The notes beneath the pieces are model-generated. The model was not told the origin of the DNA, searched no databases, and saw only the letters and a list, made by a program, of their open reading frames with translations. Shown in pieces: positions 45,325-58,737 of a DNA stretch of 64,000 nt. The DNA is taken from NCBI GenBank assembly GCA_020891255.1, contig BQFW01000012.1, positions 2,418,001 to 2,482,000 of the forward strand. The letters run 5' to 3'. Source of the stretch: Entomortierella parvispora E1425. Taxonomy: Eukaryota; Fungi; Mortierellomycota. Position numbers and translations under genes: made by a program. Within the stretch, counting starts at the first letter, position 1. Every line of letters begins with the position of its first letter.

Positions 45325-47152
45325 ATGGCGCCCATTTCTGCTCTGACGGCATTCCTCATCTTGGCCGCAGAGGTTGGCGCTGTCTTCATCATCCTCACAA
45401 CAGCTCATGACCCCCTCACTGTCAATATTGGATTCTCGATTCTGGCCGGTATCACCACCTGGTCCGCCATCCCCGCCCTCTCTGCAATCTTTGTCAAGGC
45501 AGGACTCAAGGGCATGGACCTGGCCAAAAGATCAAAGCACATCATGTAACGGCGGATGTTTCGGGGTTTTTTTCCTTCAGTTCAAGAGGATTGGCAAAGA
45601 CGCGAGGACAAGAACGAACAAAGCTGACCCTTTTTTTTTCACTGTCCCTTGATGTCATTCTATAATAGCCCAGAGAGCATGGGCATGGTTGCCGGTTTGA
45701 TCTATTTGGTGACCATGTTTCTATTCATCCCTTTTCCATTCATGAAGTGGTTCACTGCTTCCAACAATGGCGATCCACAGGAACTCAAGCTTCTTACTTT
45801 TCCCAATCTCAAGGTAACCAAGATTCTATGGAAGAAAGATCTGATCTCTCTAGAAAAGGCTATGCTCAATGTCATGATAGTCAGATTTCTCGTTTGTAAC
45901 TGATGATCCTGAACCCTTGCTTCCAAAACAGTTGGCCGAATTACTGTCAGCATTACTGTCGATCCAGTCCATGGTCTTTCTAGGCTTTGCAGACGATGTC
46001 CTGGATATCCGTTGGCGCTTCAAGATGCCCTTGCCAGCCATTGCCGCCATTCCTCTGCTGATGGTTTACTGGGTGAACTCTGGCGTGACCTACATTGTCG
46101 TACCCATCCCTCTTCGACCCATCCTGGGTCAATTGGTCAATCTCGGACCCCTCTACTATGTCTACATGGCCATGGTGGCCATCTTTTGCACCCATTCTAT
46201 CAACATCATGGCTGGAATCAACGGCGTCGAGGTTGGACAGTCCTTGGTCATTGCCTGCTCGATCGCCGTTAACGACCTCCTGTTCTTGCAGTCGAGCTTG
46301 ACAAAGGGTCCTGCCATCGAGACGCACTTGTTTTCACTGTACTTTATCATGCCCTTCATCGGTGTGAGTGTGGGTCTGTTGATCCACAACTGGTATCCAA
46401 GCAAAGTGTTTATCGGCGACACGTACTGCTACTTTGCCGGGATGACATTCGCTGTGGTCGGGATTTTGGCCCATTACAGCAAGACGCTGATGCTGTTCTT
46501 TATCCCCCAAATCTTCAACTTCCTGTTGTCGTCCCCTCAGCTGTTCAGACTGGTCCCATGTCCGAGACATCGGGTGCCGAGATTTAACCGCGGAACAAAC
46601 TTGATGGAGCCCAGTCGAGTCGTTTTGGACCAGGCTGCTTTCGATGCAGAGCCAGCGCATCACCCCCACCCTCATGGACATCAGGATTCGAAACACCCTA
46701 TCTCTCCTAAACAAGGCGGTTTGACCAGATCCCCCACCGCGTCCTCTCTCCACGCTGCATCTTCTCATCATGAGTCCTCTTCCTTTGAACCGTCTTGTCC
46801 TCCCTCACCAGGATCCCAGTCCACATTTGCAGCGGCTGGATCAACCTCACCGATCCCATCCAAGTCTCAATTCACGCCCATGCCCCAATCAAGTCTGGGC
46901 CGCAAGGGATGGGTCTGTGTCAAGGCGCTGGAAGCCCTGAGGCTGACCCAGGTCCGTTACGATGCCAGGACAGGCCAGATCCCGCTCGAGATGACCAACT
47001 TGACCCTTTTGAACTTGATCTTGCTCAAGACTGGTCCACTTTCGGAACGGAATTTGACCGTCGCTGTCATGATCCTCCAGATCATTTGCAGTCTTGTCGC
47101 CTTCTTTATCCGCTATAGACTTGTCACTTTTGTCTATGATGGCGATCTTTAA
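45325..47152 (+). CDS. ALG7: UDP-GlcNAc:dolichol-phosphate GlcNAc-1-phosphate transferase (DPAGT1)
   Basis: Exons 45325-45545, 45669-45813, 45932-47152 (529 codons). Motifs PESMG, FLGFADDVLD, SINIMAGINGVEVGQ, NWYPSKVFIGDTYCYFAG and PCPRHRVP. Confidence 0.95.
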
Positions 47153-47587
47153 AAACAACGACAGAAAATAAACATATACCAATTTCAAAATGTTCAAAAA
47201 AAAAAAGATAAAGATTTAATTCGAGATTTCTTTTTTGAAGAGGAAGCATGGACGAGACAACGACAAATGATGGCAATGGAGATGAAAGGATAGTAGACTA
47301 CAAGGGTTCGCTTTTTTTTTTCGCTTTTGTTTTTTTTTTTTTTTGGTTGAAAAGTTTTTTGGTTTTTCTTCTTTCTTCCGAGTGCGCAAGGAAGAATGAG
47401 CTCATGAGATACAAATGAAGGATAAGAAGAGTGAAAGAAAGAGAAAAAGACAGAAAGAGAACGAATCTGGTATATGAATAGAATGAATGTGGGGGGAGAA
47501 AAAAAAAGGGTCGATAAATGACAAAGAATCGCAAGGGAAAGAAAGCAGAAAAGTAAAAACCGACGTGATGATGAAGGGAAGCTATTT

Positions 47588-50154
47588 CTAGACAACAGCA
47601 ACGGGGGCGTTCTTGCTATCCTCTTCCATCGGTCCAACAGAGGATCGAGCGCAGGGCTCAGAGGCCGATGCATTGGAGGCAGCCGTGACCATGCCGCCCA
47701 TTGCCCTTTGATCCTCCTGCGCAGCAGTAGGGGGTGTTCTTGGGGTTGGGCTCGAGATGGGTGAATCGGCTTGGTCGACAGTGCCGCTGTTGTTGTTGTT
47801 GTTGTTGTTGTTGTTGCTGTCCGTGCCATTGGCTTGGCCACCGTTTCCGCTAGTGCGTGCTTGAGACGCCGTCGCTGGGTCATGAGGAGTCATCATTTCT
47901 TTATGTTGTTGTTGTGTTGGACGTTGCGAACTGTGGCGATGCAATTGTTCATGTTGTTCTTGAGCAGGATACCGTGAGGAAGACGAGACATAACCAGATT
48001 TTGAATGGGGTGCTTGAGAAGGGTGCTGCGAATGATGTTGTGGTGGACGACGCATCAGCTGATCATCCATGTAGTGCTGTTGTTGCTGTTGAGCGGCATG
48101 TCGACGTTCATCCAAACGATGCATCTGCTGGCCAGGGATGGGTGGCATCTCCAGGGAAGGGGTATGAGAGTGACCACGCTCCTTTCCATGGTGATACGAG
48201 GAATGGCCGCCGCCACTGCCCTCCATTCTTGGTGGATACTCCAAAGAGGACGGGTTGGGGCCACCAGAGGCGTCACTTGGGTGGTAGGGGCGAGAGTCCA
48301 TACGTCCATAGTCCATTGAGCGAGAGTGGGCATGTCGTGACTCCTTGTGGGCTCGGCTCATATCCTGAATGTCCATTCTCGACATGCCCAATGACGAAGT
48401 GTGGGCATGACCTCGATGCTTATGAAGTGGCTTCATCTCTGCGGTATCGCGTGGGCTGAACTGACTCTGGGATGCTGAAGATGACTGCTGGGAATGCCGG
48501 TGGACCTGCTGTTGTTGCTGCTGGTGATGATGGGGAGGATAACCATATCCACCATTGCTATGACCTTCAGATCGATACCGGTCATACTGAGAAGATCCAA
48601 ACTGGGACCCAGATTGTCTTTGTCCATCCATGTGGCTTGGGCGATGGCCACTCTCTTCGCCACTAATAGGGTCAATCTCAATAGGCTCAACCGTGGCACT
48701 GGGATCGTCGTGGTTGCCAGGGCCCTGATACCTCTCACGACGGCCATGTTCCGCCTCCGACACACGTTGATCTCGGGGTGAGTCTTGCTTCTCAAAAGGA
48801 CTAGAGGATCGGCTGTGCATGTTGACTCGAGCATCACCTTCCTGAGCATTTTCACCAGGGGCTTGGTCTCCCTCTACGTCGTCATATCCAGGATGGGACA
48901 TTTGGTGCTCCTGAATCGTGTCCATGTGAAGCATGAGTCCGTTCAGGTGCTTGGCATCCTGTTCTCGCTGATTGCTGATCTCAATCATCTTGTAATAGTC
49001 CACAGGGGTGCCGTTGTGCTTGCGAGAGTGCTCCAGAAGAGAGTCTGAGCGAGCAAACTTCTTGCCACAGCCTTCGACATTACAAAAGAATGGCTTTTCT
49101 CCTGTATGTGTTCTCATGTGTCGGATCACTTGATGGTGCTTGTGGAATGGCTTTTGCTTTACCACACAGTTCTCCCACTCGCAGGTGTATTGGGACTAGG
49201 AAGAAAACGAAGAGCAAGTTCAGTATTTCCGCAGTAAAAAAATAAGCTTTTCATCTATGCCTGACGATCATCTTTTGACTTTTTTCTTTACCTTGCCGAG
49301 ACCAATGTGGAATTCTTCGACGTGGCCCACGAGCCAATCCAGAGCCCCAAAGACCTGATTACAGCTCTTCCAGAGACAGGTCCAGGTGCTCTGAGCTGGA
49401 CCACCCGAGGGAGGTGAGGCCTGTCGAGCGCTGCCAAGAGGGATGGCAAGCCCACGCATGCTGGGGGGTCCGACCATGGCGCCCGACTCGGTCTCGTCAT
49501 AAGGCGAAAAGCCCGTGTCGGACTCTCCACCTTCGGTCAAATCCACAGAAAGGCGGCGCTTTTTACGATCAGCAGACGCGGCTTCGATACGGGCCATAAT
49601 CGACTCATCGGGTGCAGTACCATTTTTGGCATTCAGTTGAGCGTCGAGTTGATAGCAAACCGCCTTCAAGTCCGCGTAGTTGGCATTCCGCAGCTCATAC
49701 TTTGCTTGCAGCTCGGCGTATTCTCTCCGTGCTCGCTCCAGCTCTGACGTGGTGATGGAGAACTTGTACTCCATGTCGGTATTGACCCGTTGCAGGTTCT
49801 CGATCTTTTGGCATAGAAAGCCATTCTTTTGGATTAATGTTGATAGTTGACCAGTCAAGGAGGTCTCGATCTCTGTGGTTTTGAAAAAAAAGAGGGTAAT
49901 CAGTAACAAAAAGGGTGGAGATGACACGATCAGTCACTTTTTTTTCAGCATTGGTCCATCCGTCCGTTACCTCTGAACTGTCGCGAGTGCGCCTCCCAGA
50001 AACGTGCCAATGTGGCCTGGAGGTCTGTGATCGAATTTACTTCTTGTGCAGTGTTCCCGTTGATCTCGCGTAGGTCGTGGATCTCTCGTAACTCCCGTGT
50101 CTCGCCACGGTGTTCGCTCCGGATGTCACCACGCATCTCTCGAATATCTTTCAT
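47588..50154 (-). CDS. C2H2 zinc-finger transcription factor with tandem CWCH2 fingers and N-terminal coiled coil
   Basis: Exons 49971-50154, 49292-49872, 47588-49195 (791 codons). Fingers TCLWKSC...HVEEFH, YTCEWENC...HMRTH, linker TGEKPF, CNVEGC...FARSDSLLEHSRKH; His/Gln-rich C-terminus. Confidence 0.85.
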
Positions 50155-53100
50155 GGAGTGCGAGGTTCAGGCGGAGGGTATATAGGGATATAGGGGAGGC
50201 TCAAGTCAATTGCTCCGGGTAGTTGCGGGTATAAAAGTCTACAAAGGCAAGCGTCGAAAGAAAGAAAACGCACAAAAGATGGATGTCAGTCAAACGTCCC
50301 CACAAGAGATCCGTTGGTTGCAAAAAAGTCAATCCGGAATAGAGATGAGATGATCGATATCTACAGAAGGGACTAAAGGAACGACGAACGAGAGAGCATC
50401 TCTGCGTGGAGCAAACCATGTCACTCTCCCCAGCCCCAGTTCCACCCAGGTCCCAGTCCCAGTTCCCCAGCCCCAGGTTACGCCCTATCCGGGAAGAAAA
50501 AGAGCCAACCAGACAGGACTGAGCACAAAACAAACTGGCTGACTGATGCTGATAACATTCGTGCGAGTCTGTGGGAAATCAACCAGTCAGCCCGTCGACG
50601 AGTCAGCCAGCCAGAGAGCGATCCGGGTCAGGCTGTGAGCGGGGGCCTGGGCCTGAGTCAGAGCCCACGCCCGAGGGGGAAGGGGAAGGGTGTCAGGAAG
50701 GGCGATTAACCAACCACTCGAATTTGGTACAACTTGAACCCCAACCTATTTCCAGGATGGTCAAGGGAACTGAGACTGACCAAAGGAGATGAACTGATGG
50801 CCATCCAAGGGCCAACGGGAGGGGATCCAGAGCGGGAAAGGGAAGGAGGGGAAGAGAGGGGAGGAGAGGGGCTCGGTCCCCAGGAAGGGAGTAGTGTGGT
50901 CGACGCAAAATGATGACAAGAGGGACAAAACAATGGAACACGCAGACGCAGGGGCATAGCCAAGAGGACAGGTGGATAGGTAGGAGAGGGCAGGGGACAG
51001 GGGACAGGGGACAGGGGTCTGGAGACGAAGCAGAGGCACAGAAGACAGAAGGGTCGATGATGATGATGATGAAGTGTGTCTGTGTGAGTCTGTGTGGCAG
51101 TGGCAGTGAACTGGATACGACTGGAGCTGAGGCGGAGTGGGGGTGTTGGCTCGGTCGGTGGGGCGTAGTACACAGTGGAAAAATAGACAGGATTGATTGC
51201 CCACCAAAGCACCAAAAGCACAGGGGGAACAAGGATGCCGAGCAGCAACCTTGTTCAGGAACAACCCTCGAGGACAGAACAACCACGAACAAGAAGCAGC
51301 ATTCATTAAAAAGTCGAGTCCTGGTTACCGAGTGCTCCGCGGAGGACAACAACGTAGAAGCGGGTTTGTGCAGGTGTGTTCGTTGCAATGGAGGCAAGAA
51401 AAGAGGCTGGTGCGTCGGTGCGTCGGCGAATGGGGCGATGGGACCAGGAGGAGTGAGTCGAATGGAATAGAATGGATGGACGGATGGATGGATGGATGAA
51501 TGGCAAGTAGGTAGAGAACAGGAAAAGGGGCGTAAGAGTCGAATCTGAAGGCAGAGGGATGGTGATGGAGGGATTGGAGAGGAAGGAGGGGGGGAAAAAG
51601 GGAAAAAAGGAAGAGGAGCGGCGGCAAAGTCCTTTGGGAGAGACAGAGGGAGAGAGAGTCAGGCTGACGACGGACTGACCAGCAGATGGTCGTCTTTTTG
51701 GACTCGGAAGAGAGAGGCGAGAGCGGGGGGGAGGGGCCACGGCGCAGACGTGTGTGCGTGCGATGGGGGAGCCGGGTTGGGGTTGGAGAAACACCGCGAG
51801 CGGATGTGATTTGATGGCAGGAGGAGGAGGAGGAGGAGGAGGAGGAGGAGGGGCGCGGATTCAATGGATAGGGACGATTGAATGAATATGAAATGCTGCA
51901 GTCAAATAGGCAAATAGACTGGAGAAAGAAGATCTAGCTTCTTTTCTTGTTTCTATTCTTTGTTCTTGCGATGGACTGGCCGGACCTTCTTTGTTGACTG
52001 TGCAACCCTTCTTCTTCTGCTCGCTGTCGTGCACGCATTCCCATCCAATTATCCAGACCATGGCACCGTACATGTACTGCACTGCACTGTACCCCTCGAA
52101 TGAATGAATGAATGAACTGCTTACAGTAGAGATTGAAAAAGAAAAAAAAAAAGCCGGCACCCCTGTCTTCTTTGTTTTCATTTGCATCTCCTCATCTCTC
52201 GTTCTCTGAGCCCTTTGTCTGCCTCTCCTCCAAATGCCTGGTGCGCAAGTGAGCCTGCCAATCTGCAATCAGACCAGCCAGCCAGCCAGCCAGCCAGTCC
52301 AACCTCTCGATTTTAGTTTTTTTTTTTTACTTTTTTTTTTTTACTTTGAATTGGGGAACCTGACTGGTTGCCCCCCTGGGGCAAGATGAAGGGGCGTGCT
52401 CCTTCCTCCCGAGGATAAAGGTTCTCCTGTTGGTCCGGTTGAATTTTAGGCCATCTCGATTTGGGCTTTCAGTTTTTCAGGTATCACTTGGAGCCACCCT
52501 CTTCCATCCGGATTCATTTCTTGTTCTGGCCCCCTCTTCCACGTCCAACTCTCCCACCCTTCCTGTGAGCAGAAGAGGAAACAATGTAAAAAGGAAAAAA
52601 GTATATAGAAAACACAGAGACACAAGTGACGAAAGAGCGCGGGACAGGAAGAAGAGAAGACGGGGGTCCCGGATGGCTGCACAACCCCGTTCACTGAGGT
52701 ATCTTTTGATCCAGACAGGCAACCAAAACTGTCGGGTTATTTTTGGGCTTTTGCGCGTGCGATTGTGCCGTGTGTGCGTGCTAAAGATGAGGGAGGAATG
52801 AGAACACCACGCATTGTGCATTGCGCGGGAAAAGGGGGTCGATCAAGGGACGGGGGCAGGCGAGGAGGGTGGAAGGGGAAAGAGGGGAAGGAAGCGCGGA
52901 GGGATGAGTGTCCACAACCACTTTCCGTCGTCATCATCATCATCACCAGGCATTCAATACAGCCTGTCTGTTTGCACCTTGACACTGGTGCATCTCGGAA
53001 AATCTATAGAAACCTGTCCTTGTTCATGGATATTCGATCATGAACTTGTTTCTCCCCTTTTTCAAATTGGCCGCGACGCGATTGTACCAAGTAGGACCTT

Positions 53101-54224
53101 GACAACGGAACCTAGCAGTAAAAGCCAAGGCTGGAGGAAAATGAGGCGAAAAATGCATGCGAGCTGATCTTTCGTCAGCCATTTCTGTCTGTTGCCACGG
53201 CAGTGCATGCGCGAAAGAGGGGGTGAGGGGCGATCTTTTCCCGTCTTTCCATTCAGCACGGCGGTCGGCAACCCTTGGCGTGGCATGGCTGTCGTGCGTC
53301 CAAGAGAACTCGAACGGAATACTTTTTCTTGTTTGTCAGCTGTGGTTCTAAATGGATGCAGTCGGCGTTTCCCAAGAGAAAGGGGGATCAATGCAAACAA
53401 TACGATAACCATCCGACCTCTCACGCAAAACGCATCCATATCCGGTCAGGCTACCACCCTGACATCGAGCCGGACCCACACCCCTCATATAGACCGTGCT
53501 GGTGGGTCACGCAAAAGAAAAATAAAAAAATACCTATGAAAGAAGGCGGCGAGAATTTGGAAAGACAAGGGCTCTTGTTTTGGGCCGTTCGCATTCAGGT
53601 CCCCACCTTCCCCCACGGCCGCAATCCGACCCAGTCAACAAAAATGCAAATTGATGCAGCAGACACGCACGCTTCTTTGCAAAGAGACGCCATGGGTCAG
53701 CAACAAAACAAAAAAGATATAAAAAAACAAAACAAAACAATCACTTTCGCTAGCTTCTCTCTGTCCGTCCAGCATGCGACCACATCTACACTGATCGCGG
53801 GGGGAAAGATGCTCCCCTCTTTTTTTGCCTTGTCCTCCTCTTGTGGTACTACCTTTCAGACCAACTGACATGGCAGCAGGACCTTGATTCTCGTTTCCCC
53901 CTTCTTGCTCCTTGGCTGTAGAAGATAGGAGGCGAATGATCCAAGAAGGAATGACCATGATATAGGATGGGAGCGGATGATTCCTCCATCCACGGATTCT
54001 TTTCTTGTGCAACAAGAATGATCCAGGAAGACTACAGACGCTGTGTCGTAGCGCTGCAACGCTGGTCGCAATCGCGGCCAGGATGATAAAAAAACGAGTG
54101 ACGTCACGCGATTTTTTTTTTTTTGGGAAAAGAATCCAGATTGTCTACAAACGCTCTCGAGGAACCGGGTTAATCCTTCTGCCAGCAAACACACATCCCG
54201 CCATTCATTACGCGCCTCGTCAGG

Positions 54225-57119
54225 ATGCCCCCCAAGAAAGCCTCATCCGACGGATCCAAATCCTCGAAAAAACTGAAATCGGATAATGATGGATCCGATG
54301 CAATGACTGGCAGAGCCATGACCAAGGAAGAAGAGGAAGCATTGAGTTCGGCCGCGATTGCTCAGCTCTTGGCTCAGGAGGGCGGCGATGATCAGAATGG
54401 ATACTACGCAGAGTACAACAACAACGCCAATTACGACCACTTGGGTGGCGACTACTCTGACGACGATGACGACTATCGGTATGATTACAACTACAAGCCA
54501 AAGTCGAGGTCGAGACGTGCAGGTGCGTGTTTATTTATATTTTTGTCCCTTATTTTTTTTTTTTTTTGGCTTTGGTGGCGATGAATGTTTGCTCCCAACG
54601 TCCTAATCTCATCTTCTTCAAAACCTCAGCTCCACAGGCACGTAAGCGCGCAAAGAAGGCGCCGGCTCCTGTAAAGGCGGCACCAGCCAAAGTAGAAAAG
54701 AAGGCATCTGCCCCCGAGTCGAAAGCAGCCCCCGCCTCTGATTCTCAGGAGCCAAGCCAGGAAACCGAGAAGACAGGAAAGACAACCATTGACGCTGCGG
54801 CCACAACAGCGGAGACAGTGTCAGTCAAGACTGACTCTTCGTCTCCAGTATCCAAAGCTTCCAGCTCTACTGCAGCCCCCGCCCCAGCTCCAGCCCCAGC
54901 TGCGCCTAAAGTCAAAGTCGTCAAGGAGGCTCCTCAGGGATTGAACACTGGAGTCTATTCTGATGTAGAGGAGCGAGCTTTTGTGAAAGCTTTGGAGCTT
55001 TACGGACGCAATTGGCGTAGTGTAAGTACCTTTGCCATCTTGTCAAGACTTGGAACCAGCAACACGGTTGTCTGAAATCCGTTGAACCTGTGTAGTTGCT
55101 CATTGCGCGCCTATTTGCTTCTTAAAAAAAACAGGTTGAAGAACATGTGGCAACTAGAGATGCCAATTCAATCAGGAGTCACGCCCAGAAGCATTTCATC
55201 AAGTTGTTCAGGGACAATATACCCCTCCCAGCCAAAGTGCTGGAGTCAGGACCTGGATACACACTCTCTGGAAATGACCTTGACCCTTATTCCTCGGCCG
55301 CTCGACCTTACCTTGCTCAACGACTTGCAGAGGATCCATCGTCGCTCCCTATCCAAGGTGGCACTGTGTTCACACCGACCTCAGGAGCTCTTGCCAAGGC
55401 TGAGAAAGCCCAGATGAAGGAGAGGAAGGCTAACGAAGACGCGGCAAAGGCCTCGATGAAAGAAGCCGTGAACGACATGAAAGACCTGAAAATGTACAGT
55501 CTTGTATTATTTACCTTGCCATTCTATCGCAAGATCTTGAAGCTTTTGAATGATCTCCCAACACCATTACCTTAAACACTCAATAGTAAAAGGGCAGTCA
55601 GGGAACCCAGAGAGCCTAGGGAGCCTGCTCGTCAGCGAGTCAGAGCAGATAGTCCTCCAGAGCCGACATACACCGGAAGAACGGACTATTCCAAGGCCAG
55701 ACTACGGAGCGCAAGGGATCACTCTTCGATCAGCTTTCGTCAAATGGCAAGTGACCTTGATCCACTGACGATGGTCAAATGTGAGCCGTTCTGTGGGCAA
55801 CCCAACTCTGGTGTAGCTGGATGTCAACCCTTTGGGATCAAGGTGCAATCTAATGTCCTTTTGGGAATGGATTTCCATGCTCATTTGATGACGGCCGAGA
55901 TTATTGGATTTTTGGCAGGAGACTGGAATCCAGAAACTAGGATGATTCACATCAAAGCCATCTTCCCCTGTCGGTCCTTGCCCACGGGTCAGAACCATAT
56001 CAACGTGGAGATGGACCCGACCTCAGAGTTTGAGGTGCGTCAGGAGATTGAGAAGAGAAACATGCGAATCGTGGGCTGGTACCATTCGCACCCAACTTTT
56101 ACGCCAGACCCATCTTTGGTGGACATTGAGAACCAGACCAGTTACCAGAGCTTGTTCAAGGACGAGTCATTGAACGAGGAGCCATTTGTAGGGGCCATCG
56201 TCGGTAAGTGACATTATTATTCATTTCGATGTATTTGTTGCAAAGTTTCCTTATGTACGGAAAACTCACAATTTGGATTGTTGCCAAAACGCTTTACAGG
56301 TCCATACGATGAACGTCTCCCTGGAATGTCCTCTGTGATCAACTGGTTCTACATTAGCCAGTCTCCACAAGAGCGTGGCCACCCCAAGCGCCTGTTGTAC
56401 GATCTTATCGAGGACACGGAGTTGCCCCTCGAAGAGTCGACACTATGGGTATTTTTTTTTTCATCAAAACTGGTGAAATGGTGCGGTGACGCTGCTGGAA
56501 ACTGACGTCCTATTCGCCTTTTAATTAGACCAAGCTGTTTGATGAGTATCGCAACTCCCCAGAGCGTGCCAACTTTAACGAGCAATGGCGTCAGGAAGAG
56601 ACCGAGACCCGACTTCAAAAGATGTTGGTTTCGCTTGGGCGACGCATGCCCTGGCTTCGAAACAACCTCTTGAAGAATAAGGATGCTGCGGACACTACCA
56701 CCGATGCTGTTACCACCGAGGTGGAGATGGAAACGGCGACCTCGGAGACTATGGATATTTCGGAGACGGCAACAGAAACACCGGCTATTTCTGAGGATGT
56801 TAGTGTGGAATCGGTCGAGGTGACTGCGGCGTTAGACGATGGAGAACAGCAGACGATGCCGATGGAAGGTGTCGAGCCAGCCACAACTGAGCCCTCTACC
56901 GAGCAAGAAGGAGATTCGAAGGAAGGCGAAGGGCCAGGAGCAGAGGAGCAGCAGAAGCAACAGCCTCTAGGAGAGTCGATGAGCAGGAGTCCCAGCAGAG
57001 AGAGTATCACTTCCTCTGGCAGCGGTCGGTTGTACCCAGGTCTTGCTGGGCTCCTCAACGACCCATTCCTGATCCAAGTAGAGCAGGAGCTGAGCTCTTG
57101 GGAGGCCGTAGTGGGATAG
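54225..57119 (+). CDS. SANT/Myb + MPN+/JAMM metalloprotease (MYSM1-like deubiquitinase)
   Basis: Exons 54225-54522, 54630-55021, 55135-55493, 55587-56203, 56300-56448, 56529-57119 (802 codons). Myb motif YSDVEERAFVKALELYGRNW...IRSHAQKHF; JAMM motif AEIIGFLAG...GWYHSHPTFTPDPSLVD. Confidence 0.88.
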
Positions 57120-57840
57120 GTGCCAGTTGACTGTGACTGCCGTAATGGCATCTATATATTTCGTTTTTCGTGTTTTTTTTTTGTCTCTTTGGGCCCTTCT
57201 CATACTTCATCACACCTCCTTCCCCCATTCGTGGGGTCGAGGGAGGGAGGAGCAGGAAGTTTTCTTGTTCTTGATGCAAGTTTAATGAAACCAATTTTTG
57301 CAGGGTCTCTTGGCTCCTCGGAGCCTGGGGACTCTTATTACTCTTTTATCACAACAAAAACGATCAGGAAGAAAATTGTCCATGCGAAAGAAAGACGCGG
57401 TCATGCGTGGATTGAGGATGGAGACCAACCATCTTGCTTTCTCAAAAGTTCATTGGACCATGTGAGGCAGGGAGCCGGTGTCGTGTTGCATGCGCAGTTT
57501 GTATTTACGCCCATGATGATCTTGCCCTTCCATTCAAGTCATGGCTTTTTTGGTTCAACTCAAATAATAAAAAAACACACCCGGCAAGGATTTTGTTTGG
57601 CTCTCTCTCACTTTACTTGTAAAGTAGGCTCGGATTGAGCGCCCAATTGCCGAAGGTTGGACAGGACAAGGCAACCTCCAGAGAGGATCAAGTTCTACTT
57701 TTTTTTTCCTTTCGTTTCCCTCCCTCCTTCTGTCCCTTTCTTCTCCCACATCTCCACATTTTTTCCTCAAAAATTATCCAAAGAAAAAAAAATCGTAATA
57801 ACAAAAGAAAGTATCCCGATCAAAAAAACACAAAAAAGAT

Positions 57841-58413
57841 ATGCCCGCCACCCTCCTCACAACCCAGCTGCTCGTTTCCAAACTCGGATTGACGCTCTCG
57901 GCGGCCGAGCGTCTGCATACCCTCGCACCGTTCCTGACGCCCAGCGTGATCCTAAACCTCGGAGTCGGTGCCTATCACCTCATGGTCGGCCTGTTGCTCG
58001 GGACGGTCAAATACGCCCAGATCCACAGTTCCAAGACCGCGACCGCACATCCTTACATTTCGACGGCTCACAGGGCCTCGTTGATGTACGGGTTCGCGTC
58101 GGCTCAATTGGCGGTTTTCGCAGGTCTGTCGTCTTGGACAGAGCGGACGAATGTGGGTGCCACGGTGGCGGCTCAGACGTTTTTCGTCTCGGCCGTCGCC
58201 ACCTATGCGATTCATGGGATCCTCCGGGACACGACCAATCAATTGAAGGCCCCTCACAAGTTGGGCGAGAGACGTCAATTGCCTGCGTGGATGGTACGCG
58301 GCTTCATGATTGCTTTGGTGATAGCCGAGGTGGGAGGCTGTGGCGTCTTGACGGCTGGGGCCTTCAAGACCTTTTATCACATTTTGTCCACCTCATCATC
58401 TTTTACAATGTAG
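57841..58413 (+). CDS. Small intronless integral membrane protein (190 aa), conserved hypothetical
   Basis: Single ORF with about 4-5 TM helices and a polar motif set: GxxKY...AHPYISTAHRASLMY...YAIHG..RDTTNQ...EVGG. Confidence 0.75.
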   Translation: MPATLLTTQLLVSKLGLTLSAAERLHTLAPFLTPSVILNLGVGAYHLMVGLLLGTVKYAQIHSSKTATAHPYISTAHRASLMYGFASAQLAVFAGLSSWTERTNVGATVAAQTFFVSAVATYAIHGILRDTTNQLKAPHKLGERRQLPAWMVRGFMIALVIAEVGGCGVLTAGAFKTFYHILSTSSSFTM

Positions 58414-58737
58414 AACCCCCCAATAATAACTAATAAAATAGATATCATGTTTTTGCTTTAAAAACAAATGGTTTATTCCGATATAGAAAAGGGGAGGAAA
58501 GGTCAAACTGGGTCAAGAAGGCATTGAATATGAAAATGGGAACAAAAGGAGGGAGGTTTGAGGAAGGATACAAGATCAACCATGAACTCGGGATGATGGG
58601 GGAAAGGAGGTCCTTCTATGGTCTTGCAAACAAATCAAAAAGAAAGGGTACGTCACAGGCAACAAGTGTAAGGATGAAGAAATAAGAGAGAAAAGGCTGA
58701 GAGAGGGGAGAGAGCAAGGATATCAGCAGACAACTAT

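Noticed and set aside
50201-54200. Many overlapping ORFs up to 234 aa
   Set aside because: Low-complexity repeat translations on both strands; no coherent gene model could be built.
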